Source: Lama guanicoe (taxonomy: Eukaryota). Taken from it: DNA of 64,000 nt. A model generated the notes under the pieces. It made no database searches and had not been told where the DNA came from. It saw only the letters and a program-made list of their open reading frames with translations. The stretch covers positions 693,190 through 757,189 of the forward strand of contig MU053334.1 of the NCBI GenBank assembly GCA_013239625.1. The letters are read 5' to 3'. How positions within the stretch are numbered: the first letter of the stretch is position 1; every line of letters begins with the position of its first letter. This document shows positions 10,737 through 22,960 of this stretch, piece after piece. The position numbers and the translations under genes were made by a program.

Positions 10737-11746
10737 CTGCGGGGCAGAGGGGCCGTCACACGCCCGCCAGCCCCGCGCCAGCCCCGCCCCGCCCCGCCCC
10801 GCCCCGCCGGACACGGGGCCCCTGGGCAGGGCAGCCCCTCCCGTCCTCTACGGGGCAAGTGTCGTTAGGAGTTATATCAAGAGGCCCCGAGTCTGTTCTT
10901 AACAGGGCTACAAACCAGCTTTCCCGGCGCTTCTGTGAGGCTCTGCTGTGCCTTGTCACAGGGCCTGGACCCTCAGGAGCCTCCCTGCCACCACCACTGG
11001 AAGCCAAACCCTGCACGGGGCCCAGTGGGTGGAGGGGCCTCTGTAATCAGGAACCTGGTCCCTGGAGGCCCTCCAGCGCCCCCTAGCCTGCCCCCATTCA
11101 AGGGGCGGGCAGGCAGTCCCCAGGTGAGAGAGGGCCAGAGTGCTTGGGACGTGGACACCCTACGTAAGCCCAGCCGGGAAACCAAGCGAGTCTCCTGGTT
11201 CACAGCAACCGGCCCTGTCCTCTGGCACAACAGGCAGACATCTGGTAGGCTCCGGCCGCACCACCACCATCCCCATGCTCACCCCAACCTGCTCCAGTCT
11301 TCCAGGCAGAAGGCCCTGCACCTGCAGGCTGGCTCAGGAGCAGGAGGGTGGGTGGGGGAGGGAGGGCACGGGTCTGCTGGGCAATGACCCACATGGGCGC
11401 AGGCTGCTGTGGTCATCCAGCCAATGAGTGACCAGAGCACCCTCTTCCGTGGCCTAGACCCCAACCCTGTGGCACCTGTACCAGCCAGAAAGGGCTTCAC
11501 ACAGACCTCCACCTGGCGCCCCTACCCATTTAGCTGATTTTACTGGCTTCAAAACTGGCTTAGACCAGGTCCCCCCATCACCTCAACCTTGCACCTTGCC
11601 CAGGCTGGGACTCCAGGCTGGCTCTGAACACCCCGCCCTGACATATGAGCTCACCAGCACCCCTGGGTGACAGCCATGAGGACTCACCTACACTCACCAC
11701 TTTGCCAGGCCTGCTCTCAGGACAGCAGGGTCCCCATCTCATGGCC

Positions 11747-11790
11747 AGCCTGACTCTAGCCAAAAGAAGCCTGACTCTAGCCAAAAGAAG
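11747..11790. repeat. 21-bp tandem duplication (agcctgactctagccaaaaga x2)
   Basis: Perfect direct repeat seen in the sequence. Confidence 0.95.
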
Positions 11791-12539
11791 AGGCATGGCC
11801 TGCCCAAGTGGCCTCAAGACAGCCCTGCTGCCCACCTCCCCCAGCCTCCCAGCCCCCTAGCAGGACCCAGAGCTCTCCGCTGCCCCCAGCACCTGTTGGC
11901 TCATTTGTACCACTGGCAGGACTGGGGGTCGGGCTGCAAGACTTCAGGCCACCAGGAAGGAGGCCAACCCTCCATGCACAAGAGGACACAGCCCTGAAGG
12001 CCGCTGGGGCACCAGGCCCGCCCACTGCCTGCTCCTCCTAGCCAGGCGCTGCCCACCTGAAGGTGAAGGTCAGGGTGCGACTCCAGGGGACGAGGCAGAA
12101 GGCAGACTGCACTTGTAATGCAGCCTCCACAGAGCCTCCCCGCCGAGCCTGCTCCCAGGCCCCCCCCGCCCCGGCACTGCGGGCCCCACAGGGAGACGAG
12201 CCCACGAGGCCAGGAGCTGGTCGGACAAAGCCCTGGGCAGATTGGCAAGGACCCCGTCCCCGCGCATCACAGGGCAGCCCTGCTGGCCATACCTTCCCTC
12301 CCCTCACACCAGCCCCTGGGGTCCTGAGGATGGGGCCACAGACTCCCACGGGCTCCAGCGAGTCCCCAGCCCCGCTTGACGTTGGATGCGCCTGACCGCT
12401 GAGGCCAGAGTCGGAAAAATCCACCTTGGCCAGAAACTGGGAAGCGTTCCCTCGACGCAAGGCCTGGGCAGGCCAGCTCCTGGGGGCACTGCAGTCGCCC
12501 ACCTGCATGACAGTTGAAACATTGCTTTCAACGTTCCTC

Positions 12540-15500
12540 TTTTTTGTTTTCATTTTATTTTTAAACAATCACACAGTAAAGCTGACTGGTTTGGGTGTGC
12601 AGTCTTCAGCATTCGAACCCAAACAGAGGATCCACAACTGCTGCTCTCCTAGCCAGAGCCTCCCACCCTGGTCCCTGGAACACCACGTGACGTCCCGAGC
12701 TGGACTCTGCCACCCACGCCTTCTTCCTTGCTGCCAGGAGGTAGCCCTGCGTGGACACACCAGCGTGTCCACTCACCTGCCGAAGGACACCTGAGTGGTC
12801 TCCAGTTTGGGGCAATTCTGAGTCAGGCTGCTAAAGGCCCCCGGGTAGGTTTTTGTGTGAGCGCAAGTTCCCGGTGCTCTAGGTGGACACCCAGGAGCGG
12901 AACTGCTGGGTCCACGGTAGGCGGATGCCTCATTTCCTCAAACGTTCTCGGGGTGACTGTCCCACCGGCGTTCCCTGCCCCGCTCCACGCCCTCGCCCGC
13001 ACCTCGCGCGGCAGCAGCTGTGCTCTGACTTCGTGCTTCTCCACCTGCTCGTGGTGTGGAGCCCCGCAGGTCTCACCTGCCTTCCTGGTGTCTGTCCTCT
13101 GCGGCAGTCTGCCCAAGTCCTTTCCCACTGGTGACCGGATCTCCTCACTGATGAGCTGTGAGAGCTCTCCGCACGTTCAGGGGCCTGGTCCTTCTGTGGA
13201 TGTGTAATCAGTCTGCCAGTTCCCTCTCCTTTCTCTTAACAGGCTCCTTCTCAGAGCAGAAGTCCTACCTTCTGACGAAGCCCAGTTTACTGACTCTTCT
13301 CCATCAGCAGACGGCACCTGCGTCACACCGAGCGCTCTCCACCTGATAACTGAGCCAGGAAGACCCCCCTCCTGTCTTCTTCTAAGTTTTGTTTTATATT
13401 TAGATACAGAGTCCACGTGGAGTTAATCTTGGCAGGTTTAGGTCAAGACCCCCTTTTTTGAGAGGGTGGCACACAGCTGGCGGTTTTCCAACAGCATTAG
13501 TATGCGACTACCCCTTCCCACAGCACTAGCGGACGAGACGCCCCCTTTCTTCCTGGGATTTCTTCTGCATCTTGCAGACACCAGAGGCCCCGTTTGTGTG
13601 GGTCCACTTCCGGACCCTCGACTCAGCCACACCGACCTATGCACCTGTTCCTTCACCGACACCACTCCGCCTTGATTACCGCAGCTTCAGACTGAGTCTC
13701 AAACCTGGGCTGTGGGGTTCTTCCAACTTGACTGTTCTTTTTTCAAAATCAGTGAAGCTACTCCAGTGACCTTCCCTGTCCATGGAAATTGTAGAATCAG
13801 CTTGTTTATACCTACCAAAAAAATTTGCTGGGACTTTGACTGAAATTGCACTAAGTGAACAGACTGATCTGGGGGGACTTACACTTCCATCGTGTTGAGT
13901 CTTCCAATCCAGGAACACAGCGATTCCCCATTTACGCTGGCCATCTCTGCCTTTGTTCATCAGCGTTCTGTGGTTTCCAGCGTAGAGATCCTGTGTGTGT
14001 TTCCTTAAGTTTACACCTAAGCATTTCACTGTTTCTGCAGCTACTGTAAATGACGTAACTGTGTCAGCTCCAGGTTCCAACTGAACACTGCCAGTACACA
14101 AACTATGACCGATTTGTGTCTGCTGACCATGCTAAGTTTATTCATTCAACTTTTTGCTAGAGTCCTTGGGCTTTTCCACGTAGACGGTCACACTGCATGT
14201 GAACAGAGACAGTTTCGTTTTTTGTTCTGTGATTTGAACGCCTTTTACTCCCTTTCCTTGCCTCACTGCGTTCTGCGGGTGTTGTGGTACTCTGCTTTCC
14301 AGGGAACCGGTGCCTTTAGTCTAACCTGCGGGACTCATGCGTGCAAAGGTTTCTTCGTGGTGTTTTCTTATTTCCCTCTCAGTGCCTACTGGGTTTGTAG
14401 CGGCCCCTCCTTCCGTTCCTTACACTGATAATCCCCGTCTCCTCTCTTCTGATTTTGTTTTCCTAAAGGTCTCTCAATTTTACCCACGCTTCAAGCCAGC
14501 CTCTGCCTCCCTGACCCCTCTGTTGTTTCCAGGGATCAACCCCAGTGACCTCTGCTCGCGCTAATCTCCTTCTGCTCAATTTGTGTTTACTCTGCTTTTC
14601 TTTTTTCTGGTTTCTTAATATGGAAGTTTGGAGAGATTTGAGATCTTTCCTCCTCTTCTAAAATAAACCTTTAATGCTATACTTTGCTCTAGCTGCATCC
14701 CAAATTCAGAGAAGTTGCATTTTCGTTTCTGCTCCGTGTAAAACAGTTCCTAATTTCCCTGAGACTCCCTCTCAGACCCACGGACCACTGAGAAGTGCGT
14801 TTCCTTCCAAACGTCTGGAGCTTTTCCTGTTGCTAGTTTCTCATGTAATCAGGGGAGGTAGCTTGCTGTGGATTCTTTAAAGTTTGCCAAGGGCTGTTTT
14901 GTGAGCCAGGCTCTGATGTGTTTTGGTGAATGATCCCCGTGCCCTTGAAAAGAACGTGCTTTCTGCCGCAGAGGGTGGCACGATGGGGGAACGTCGGCTC
15001 AGGCCGGCGGGCTCCGCGCTACTGCCGAGGGGCTGCGCCGGCCACCCTGCGCGGACGCTCTGCGCCTGAGCGCTCACGCCCGAGCCCGACACTTCCGAGG
15101 AGCGCAGCCTCCTTCTCCGCCCCCAGGCGTGCTCCCCCCGAGGCCCACCTTGTCTGGGGCTAACACGGCCGCTTCGGCTTTCCTCCGGTTTCGTCCTTTC
15201 ACTTTCACCCTGACCGCGTCGCTGCGTCTGAAGCGAGTCTCCTGCACACACTGTGCAGCAGGCTCGTTTAGGATCTCTCCCCCTACAACCTCCGTCCCGC
15301 CATCGGCAAGTTCACATCACTGACGCTCACTGCAACGACCGGCCCTTCGGACTGAAGTGTCCCTTTATTCACCAGCCGCGCCCTTTGTTTTCATTCCTCG
15401 TGCTTCCTCTTTCCTGACTTCTTTTGCGTTGTTTTTCAGTATTTCCTTCTAACCCACCTGTTATGATTTTGACTGTGTCATTTGCGCAGCTTTTTCAGAG

Positions 15501-16200
15501 GTTGCTGAGAGGATTACAAACACGTCCTGACCTCCTCATGCCGCGCTGGGAACCAGTGAGTGCCCCCTGCAACTGGAACCGCAGAAAGCCGCCACCCCGC
15601 TCCAGCGGGCTGTCCGCCCTCGCCCCGACGGGCTCTCTGCCCCCCAGCCCCTGTGCTACCACACACACACAAGCCCCTCTTCAGACGCAGAGGAGCTCTG
15701 CTCCCCGAGCAAACCCGCCGTAAAGACCCAGGAAGGGAGCGGGGTCTGCGTGTCTCCCGTCGCTGCTGCTCGCCCCTTGTCCTGATGTCTTGTGTCCCGC
15801 CCAATATCACTCCCATCACTGGAAGAGCTCCCTGCAGCAGGTCTGCTGCGAGAAGTGCATGCCTCGTCTTCCTTCACCTGAGAAGTGCTTCCACGTCGCC
15901 GTCACTCCTGAAGGACGTCTGCAGAGTGCTCCCGGGCGGCCGCTCCCCACCCCAGCCCCTCAGAGGCGCGGCGCAGCTCCCCAGGAGGCCGCCGGCCCGG
16001 ATGCCAAGGCCCCTTCTCGGCAGTCTGCCCATGATGTGCCTGCGTGGGGACAGGCCAGGAGGTTTCGAAGCTTCTTGAATCCGTAGGTTTGTGTGTTTGC
16101 CAGATTAGGTAAGTTTACAGCCACTATTTCTTCCAACGTGCTTCTGCACAGCCCTCTCCGCCTTCTTTTTCAATTGCAACGTTTCCCTTTGGTGTTCGTC
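12540..16200 (-). mobile_element. Ancient, heavily decayed LINE-1 (L1M-type) in MOB2 intron 3
   Basis: ORF2-like fragments on - (KCLGVNLRKHTQDLYAGNHRTLM; STFFSRARGSFTKTHQSLAHKTALGK; DPAVPLLGVH). Boundaries approximate. Confidence 0.75.
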
Positions 16201-17744
16201 CTTCAGGCACCAGCAGAGCGGAGGAGGGCCTCGGACCCCGGCGGCCGGGTGGCCCCGGGGTGGCGTGTGCCCTCACAGCCTCCCTTTGCTCTTCAGCTAA
16301 CGTTGCTGAGTCTCCACTCATCGACCTCAGATGACCCCTAGGAAGGCACTATGCGCACATCGACTCACACACAACAGACTGCAAACGAGAAGGACGGACA
16401 AGTCCCAGTTCCCCAGATCTCCACGTCCCACGTACCAGGGTCAGCATCCAGACCAGTGTCTGCCTGACGTCAAACTCCATGCTCTTCCAAGCAGCCTCTT
16501 TGCAAACACACCGGCACCTGAAGGTTACGTGGGAGTGGAGCCCACCAGCCCTTCCCCACTGCCAGCCCCACAGGCCCCCATGATGCCTGGCCAGGCGGAC
16601 AGCGGGCGAGGGTCTTGAGCACACCACATGGGGTTCTGCAGCGCTGCCCGCACCCTCTTCCAGCCTACGCAGCCAGGTCTGCTCATGCGGCCACCGTCCC
16701 ACACTCATGTTCTCCTGCCCAAGCTCACCTTGAGCCTGCACTCAGCACTGCCCGCCCGGCACTGCCCACCCTCCCTGGACCAGGCCTGGCTGTGACTAGC
16801 TGGGGACACACGTGACTCCTGAGCATGCCATCAGCCGCCCTCACTGGGTAAGGAGTGGAGAGCTGGCTGCCTCTGCACTTGCTCCTGCATGACCAAGCCC
16901 GTAGCTGTGACCTGTCGGGGCCACATAGAGGAGGACCCAGCAGGGCTGAGAGCTGCAGGGTGGTGAGGACCCTCTGCTGCAGTGCTCAGTGGGCTCTCAG
17001 TGAGAGGGGCTCAGCTTCTCTGGGTGCAAGCTGGGTCTGCTGCAAACAGTGGGCAGCGCGAACGCAGGACGGCAGCTCAGACCGGTGGTCACCAGCAGAG
17101 ACCAGCTGCCCACACGTGAACTCTGGAGAGGGGACGTCTGTGACTCCTCCTCGGCCACATCCACCCCGGGCTGAGCCCCGGCCTCCTGCCATCTTTGGTG
17201 TCTTCTGTCTGAGACAGCAGCAAACCCATGCCATGCGGTGGCTCCCCGACCCACACAGCATTAACAGCTGCTGCAGAGCCTGGAGGCCCCTCAGGGACGC
17301 CCGCTCACTGAGGACGTGGATGTGCAGGCCCGTGGGAGGTCACCAAGGGGGCGTCCCAACCCCACGCAGCAGCCAGCGGGGAAGGCAGCAGAAGCTCCAA
17401 GGGCGCGAGGTCACCTGGCAGACGAGGAGCTGCGACAGGGACGCACTTCCAGCTGCGCATGCTCCGCTGTCTCAGAAAACCCAGCTGTCTCGGCTGCTGC
17501 AAGTCCCCTGCCCCACAACACAGCCTGTCGGCCCCTGTTGGCTCCTGGCACCTATGCCCCAGGGGTCCCACGCCATCAGCTGGGCTCTGCTTCCCATTTC
17601 CCTGCTGGGCCCCGGGCCTGTGGGGACTGTGGGGGCAGCCCTGGTGAGAACCCCACTGAGCAAGGCCCCGTGCCGCTGGGGGACCCCCAGTGGGCGGGAT
17701 CTGAGGAGCCCCCTGGGGCCAGGCCGCCCCAGGCAGTGCCTCAC

Positions 17745-17838
17745 GTGTTGCACACGGCCATCGTCTGGCACGCCTCTCCCGTGCAGAATTCTGAGATGGT
17801 GCTGTACTGGAGGTTGACGTGGTGGAAGAACGTCGTGG
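17745..17838 (-). CDS. MOB2: MOB2 exon 3 (T)TTFFHHVNLQYSTISEFCTGEACQTMAVCN(T)
   Basis: 94 nt, ttccAG acceptor and GTgagg donor. Contains the Cx4C zinc-ligand pair of the MOB fold. Confidence 0.97.
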
Positions 17839-18592
17839 CTGGAAGGCAGAGAGAAAGGCCAGGTATGAAAACCACATGGCGGCATCATCTGCGTACCCAG
17901 TGCCCTGCAGACCAGGAGGCCCAGCGCCTCTTTCCTCGGACCCTGGGGGCTGGTGCTGATCACAGACCAGAGACAAAATCCCCACTGTGGCACTGCCCTT
18001 GGGAGCTGGAGGCCAGCTGCTGCCATGCTGGCGGGCACGGGCCTAGACGGGGTGCCCGTGGCTGTGGAGACTGAGTAGCCCCCGAGGGGCAGGGCAGAAG
18101 ACACCCCAGCCCAGTCCCGTGAACCCCCACCCCTGCTCACAGGCACTGGGGGACCAGGGATGCCCACCTCGACATCCACGAGAGAGGGCAGCTATGCCGG
18201 CTCACGGCCACCGACTACCGCCCTCTGGAGGAGAGACAGGTCCTCACCCTCCACGTGTCGTCCTGAGAGCCCTGAGCCCGCCCAGCGGGTAGGGGTGAGA
18301 TCCACCTCCCACTTCAGGCCTCAACCCTCCTTCAGCTATAGCACTGCCGGCGTCGCAGCCACACTCCCGTCACACAGTCTCTCCTTGGCACTGGCGGCCC
18401 ATCCCCCAGGGCAGCCAGGACCTGAACTGAGTCCCTGCATCCGTGGGGACCCCCGGTGCCTTTTAGGGCTGGCCACGTCATGCCGACTGGTGTGAGTGGG
18501 CGGGGGAGGCAATGAGCACCAGCCCCGGGGAGTCCCTGGGGAGACAGAGGCCGGCTGTCCTCACTGCCACCCCCTGCAGCCGCCCCACGCAC

Positions 18593-18753
18593 TGTTGCTG
18601 GCCAGCCACTCGTTGAGGTCGATCTCCCGGGGCAGCACCACCAGCTCCTTGAACCCGAAGTCGGTGATCCTGGACTTGGTGTACTCCGGCTCCAGGTACA
18701 CCTTCTTCTCCTCGGCGGCGGGCTTCTTCCCGTTGGGCTTGGCTTTAGACTTC
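18593..18753 (-). CDS. MOB2: MOB2 exon 2 KSKAKPNGKKPAAEEKKVYLEPEYTKSRITDFGFKELVVLPREIDLNEWLASN
   Basis: 161 nt, tccgcAG acceptor and GTgcgt donor. Carries the MOB hallmark V.LP...D.NEWLA.N. Confidence 0.97.
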
Positions 18754-19261
18754 CTGCGGAGAGAAGGGGCACAGGGTCACTGCGAATGCAGGCACGGGAG
18801 CTGCGGGCCGGGACCTGGGAGATGAGGAGTGCCAGGGGGATGGCCGGGGGTCCCGCGGCCGTGGGAGGAAGCTGCCTGACCTGAACCCTCTCCGGCAGTA
18901 AGGGGCCTGAACGTGGAACCCGGGGCCGGCAGGGAGCTCTGGGCAGCGGAAGGGTGGGGTGCTGGCCACACTGGCCGGCATGGCCCTGTGATCATCTTGG
19001 CCCCCACCTGGGGCCAGGACTCGGGGCTGGCATCACTCACCCAGGCCCCGAACCTCTGAGCAGAATCCCCCAGGGGCATCCTTCCGCACAGTTGGCCCGA
19101 CAGCCCACCCCTGCCAAGAACCTGCTGTAGGCTGATGCCCCAGGGACCCCCATCCCAGGCCTCCGTCGTCAGTGGGTTGGTGGCCTGCCCTGCTCACCTG
19201 GGCTCTGTCCCAGGTACACGTGCGGGTTGCAGGTGGGCACAGAGGGGGCACAAGCAGACGT

Positions 19262-19480
19262 TACAGAGATTTGATGAAATGGCCACTTCTCACTAAAATT
19301 TTTTCTTGGTTAAGAAAATCGTTCTTTTCCATCAAAAATGCTGTTACATAACAGAATGGACTCGTTAAGGCTATTCTTACAGGCGTGAATACATGTTTCT
19401 GAAATGTCTTTGTTTGCCTTCAAGCATAGTCAATGTCAGCAGCTAAACCCCACAAACCAAAGCTCTCTGGTGCCGAGGGG
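19262..19480 (+). mobile_element. hAT-Charlie DNA transposon fragment
   Basis: AT-rich block (agagattt...ccacttctcactaaaatttttt...aaaccccacaaaccaaagctct) similar to the element at 54270-54728. Confidence 0.5.
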
Positions 19481-22400
19481 GGCTCATCCCCTTCTCAGGG
19501 GGGCGACCGCGGCCCCAGAACCAGCCTGTCACCAGCTGCCCCCAAGGCCAGAGCCGGGGCTGTGGTGTGTGCGGCCCAGGCAGGCCAGTGAGATGGCCCG
19601 GGCCCTAAGGAGGAGAACCACCCAATGGAGAGCAGCCCAGAGCCCGTCTGGGACGCCAGCCCAGGCGGGCCAGGTCTGACACAAATCACCGTGTCTGTCA
19701 CACGCTGGAGATGACCTGGGCACGGGAGCGACGTGCCTGGAGCAGCGCAGCCCCGAGGGCCCAGGCCCCAGCGCCAAGGCCCAGTGCCCAGGGGCAGGAG
19801 TGGGGCTCCTGCCAGCCTCCCCCCCGTTGGGGACCACTGAGGAGCAAAGCTGTGGTCACCCCGCACCTGCAGGGACCCACAACATTCTCAGGTCCAGGAC
19901 TGAGCTCTCGGCCGAGGGGGGGCCTGAAAAGCTAAAGGAAAAAGTGCCTAACGGCACGGAGGCCCTCCCGGTTCTCTTCCTTGATGCCTGAACTCTTCAA
20001 CGGCAGACATCGGGACGTGCAGAAAACAAGCTGCACGTCAGCCCTGTCAGGAGCCTTACTGAGCAGAAAAGGCCACTTCAGAGGTGCTTCCTTCCACTGG
20101 ACAGAGAGCGACCAAGGGCAGGTGCGCTGCCCGGTGAGGGCCCCGGGGGGCGAGGGGGCGCGGGCTGGGCCCCTGTGGCTCGCAGCCCGAGGTCCTCGGC
20201 CCCTGCGCGAGCAGAGGCACACCTGCCCGCTCCTGCTTGTCGTGCCCGCGGCCGCCCAGGTGCACGCACAGCCGGGTCTCGCGCACGGAGGGCGTCCTCC
20301 GCCCTGAGGACTCTGCAGGCCCCTCTCCAAGTCAGCCTGGGAAGCCGGGGGGTGCCACGTAGCGACGAAAGCTCTGCGGCTCCTGACCTGCCCTTTTCTC
20401 CTGTTTTGAAAAGTTGCTAGTGGTTTATTTAAGAGAAACAGGAAGGAAAAAATGCTCCCTGAAAGCCAGGGAAATGCTTCCCTTCAGCTTCTCACAGCTG
20501 ATCTTCACCTTAAAAGGCAACATGTGCTTGGCCTCTGGGTGCAGCGCCCAGAGCGGCCAGTGCCAGGCAGGGGCTATGGCGTCCTGGGGCCGGGCCTGGG
20601 CGGGCGGAGGCTGGAGCGCCGGGGTGGACTCCAGACACACACACACACACACGGACACGGACACTTCAGGGGTCCCCACAGCTGAGCGGGGCTGCTCCCA
20701 GGAAACGAGTGAGGACGTGAGCCCTTGGGGGCCAGGCAGCCTTCCCCAGGGTGCACAACGGGGGACCCAGGGTGCATTAGGGTGCCCAGGGCTCCCCTAG
20801 GAATGGGTGGTGGGCACTGAGTCCCGCCCCTGCCCTTTTCCTAACCCTGAGTCTGTGCTGCTGAGTCATGAGCCACCATCAGAAAGCCTGCACTAGCCTG
20901 GAAGGTCCCCGTGTCTAGAGCCCGAGGCACAAGGAATCAGCCTGCAGGATGAACTCCAACCCCGAGCCAGTCTCTGCTCTGGTCACCTCAAGTGTCTATC
21001 CGCCAGGCAGCTTCTTGGCTGTGAGCCCCACCCAGGCTCCCTCACCTGCACCCTAAGTATGCACCTGCCCGTGCCTCGCCCCTGTGCACACCGGGCCTGG
21101 CGATGGCCACTGTGGGGCCAGTCGCTCATGCTGAGCCTCGGTGTCCAGGTTGGGAGGGCTCCATGATCACACAGGCAGGGAAAGAGCAAGTGGGGGCCTG
21201 GGCTGTGCAGCCGCTGCCCACCCGGCTCCCCGCTCTGCCACTCAGGAGCCTGTCGCTCGGTGACTCAGGGACACACACCAGTGTCGGCCGCCGGTGGCCT
21301 TCACATGAGCAACCCAGGGCACGGCGGCATCGTGGAGCCCCTACAGAGACCTGCGTGGGGGCGCTCACTGCCTTGCTAAGGGCATAGTGTCCTTGTGCCA
21401 GCAGGCCCACTTCTGGGGGCCTGGAGCCCCTAGGCTGAGGATGTGCTCCGTCTCTGGTTCTGAGGGACCGTGTGGTCAGAAGGCCTCAGCCTCCCCATTC
21501 TTCTCGCCCCTGCAGTCGGTCCTGCCCTCCGACAACCAGTGGTGCGTGCCAGGCCCCCAGCCCAGCTTCCCCACACTGGCCCCACTGGCCTGGGCCCCTG
21601 GACCTTGGTGCAACTGGGGAAAACCCTTCTGTCAGGCCAGCTGGCCGGGCCTCTCTGGACCCTGGTCATTGACTCTTCCTTCACAGCCCACCAGGTATTT
21701 GGTAGACGGTGGGCACTGGCCAGAAGCGGGTGGGACTGAGGGATGAGCTGACTGGGGTTTGTCTGGGGACGGGCAGGGCCCTGGGCCGGGAAGAGCCTGT
21801 GCAGGAGCCCAGACACACCCGAGCACCTCTGACCCCGCGCCTGCCCCTCCCACGGCCGGCAGGCTCCTCGTCGAGATGCCTGGCCCCATGGGCACCTCTG
21901 TGCCTCTGAGCAGCAGCCAATCTGAGACTTCAGGAGATTCCCGGTGGCCTCTGAAGGGAAGAGGCTGTTGCATGACACTGCGCCCACAGGTACTGGGCTC
22001 CAACACAGGCCCTGGCTAGCCCAGGCCCACGGGCACCCTCTCCAGCTGGGGCCCCTCAGGTCCAGCAAAAGGGAAGGCCATTCCCTGGCATGGAGGGACT
22101 GTGGGCTGACTGGGCTGTGAGCAGGACAGGTCTCACTGACGGGACCAGAGGGTGGACGCCAGGCCCCAGCCCCCCACGGGGCCCACCATGGCCAGGCCCA
22201 CAGAGGACCCTGGGTGGCCTGAACTGCCACGTCTAACTGGGGGCTCTGAGGTGGGTCCCAAGTGGCCAACACCGAGTGTTTGGCGAGGCAGGCTCAGCAG
22301 GAAACACCGTCCAGTGGTCTCCTCAGTGGATGCCCACCCAGCCTCACCTATCCCCCACCCCTCCCTTGACGCCTTTACCGCAGCAGGGTGGGGTTCCCAC

Positions 22401-22787
22401 GCCCCAGGCACGGATCCAGCTGGGTCTCTCTGCCAACATGCTTGGTCTGGGACATTCCTGTCTCCAAGACCCCATCCAGCACCTTCTACCCAGTGTCACG
22501 GGGAAGGCCCTGTACCACTCCACGTGACATCAGCACAGACGCACGTGCACGCACTCGCACACACGCACACGTGTGTGTGCCATCCTGCCAAATGAGCCAA
22601 CCTGAGTGGGGAGGAGGACGCTGACTGACAGGCTGTGGGGCTGCGGAGCTGCATCAGCTCCAGGCCGAGTCCAGCCCAAGGAACAGAGACCGCTGCTGCC
22701 CGTACCAGGCAGGAGAGCAGGGCGCCCTGAGCGCCTGACGCTGATGCCAGGAGCTCAGCTCACCTCTGTCAAAACACAGCTCAGCTT

Positions 22788-22960
22788 GGGGGGAGGATAC
22801 AGCTCAAGTGATAGAATGTGTGCTTAGCATGCATGAGGTCCTGGGTGCAAAGTCCCAGTACCTCCTCTAAAAAAAAAAAATCAATAAACCTAGTTATCTC
22901 CCCCCGCCAAAATAAAAAAAAATCAATAATATATAAATAAAATATTTAAAAAAAAAAGAA
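22788..22960 (+). mobile_element. tRNA-derived SINE (vic-1-like) with A-rich tail and 16-bp target-site duplication
   Basis: TSD aaaacacagctcagct (22771-22786) and aaaacacaactcagct (22961-22976), A/B-box head, poly(A) tail. Confidence 0.92.
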
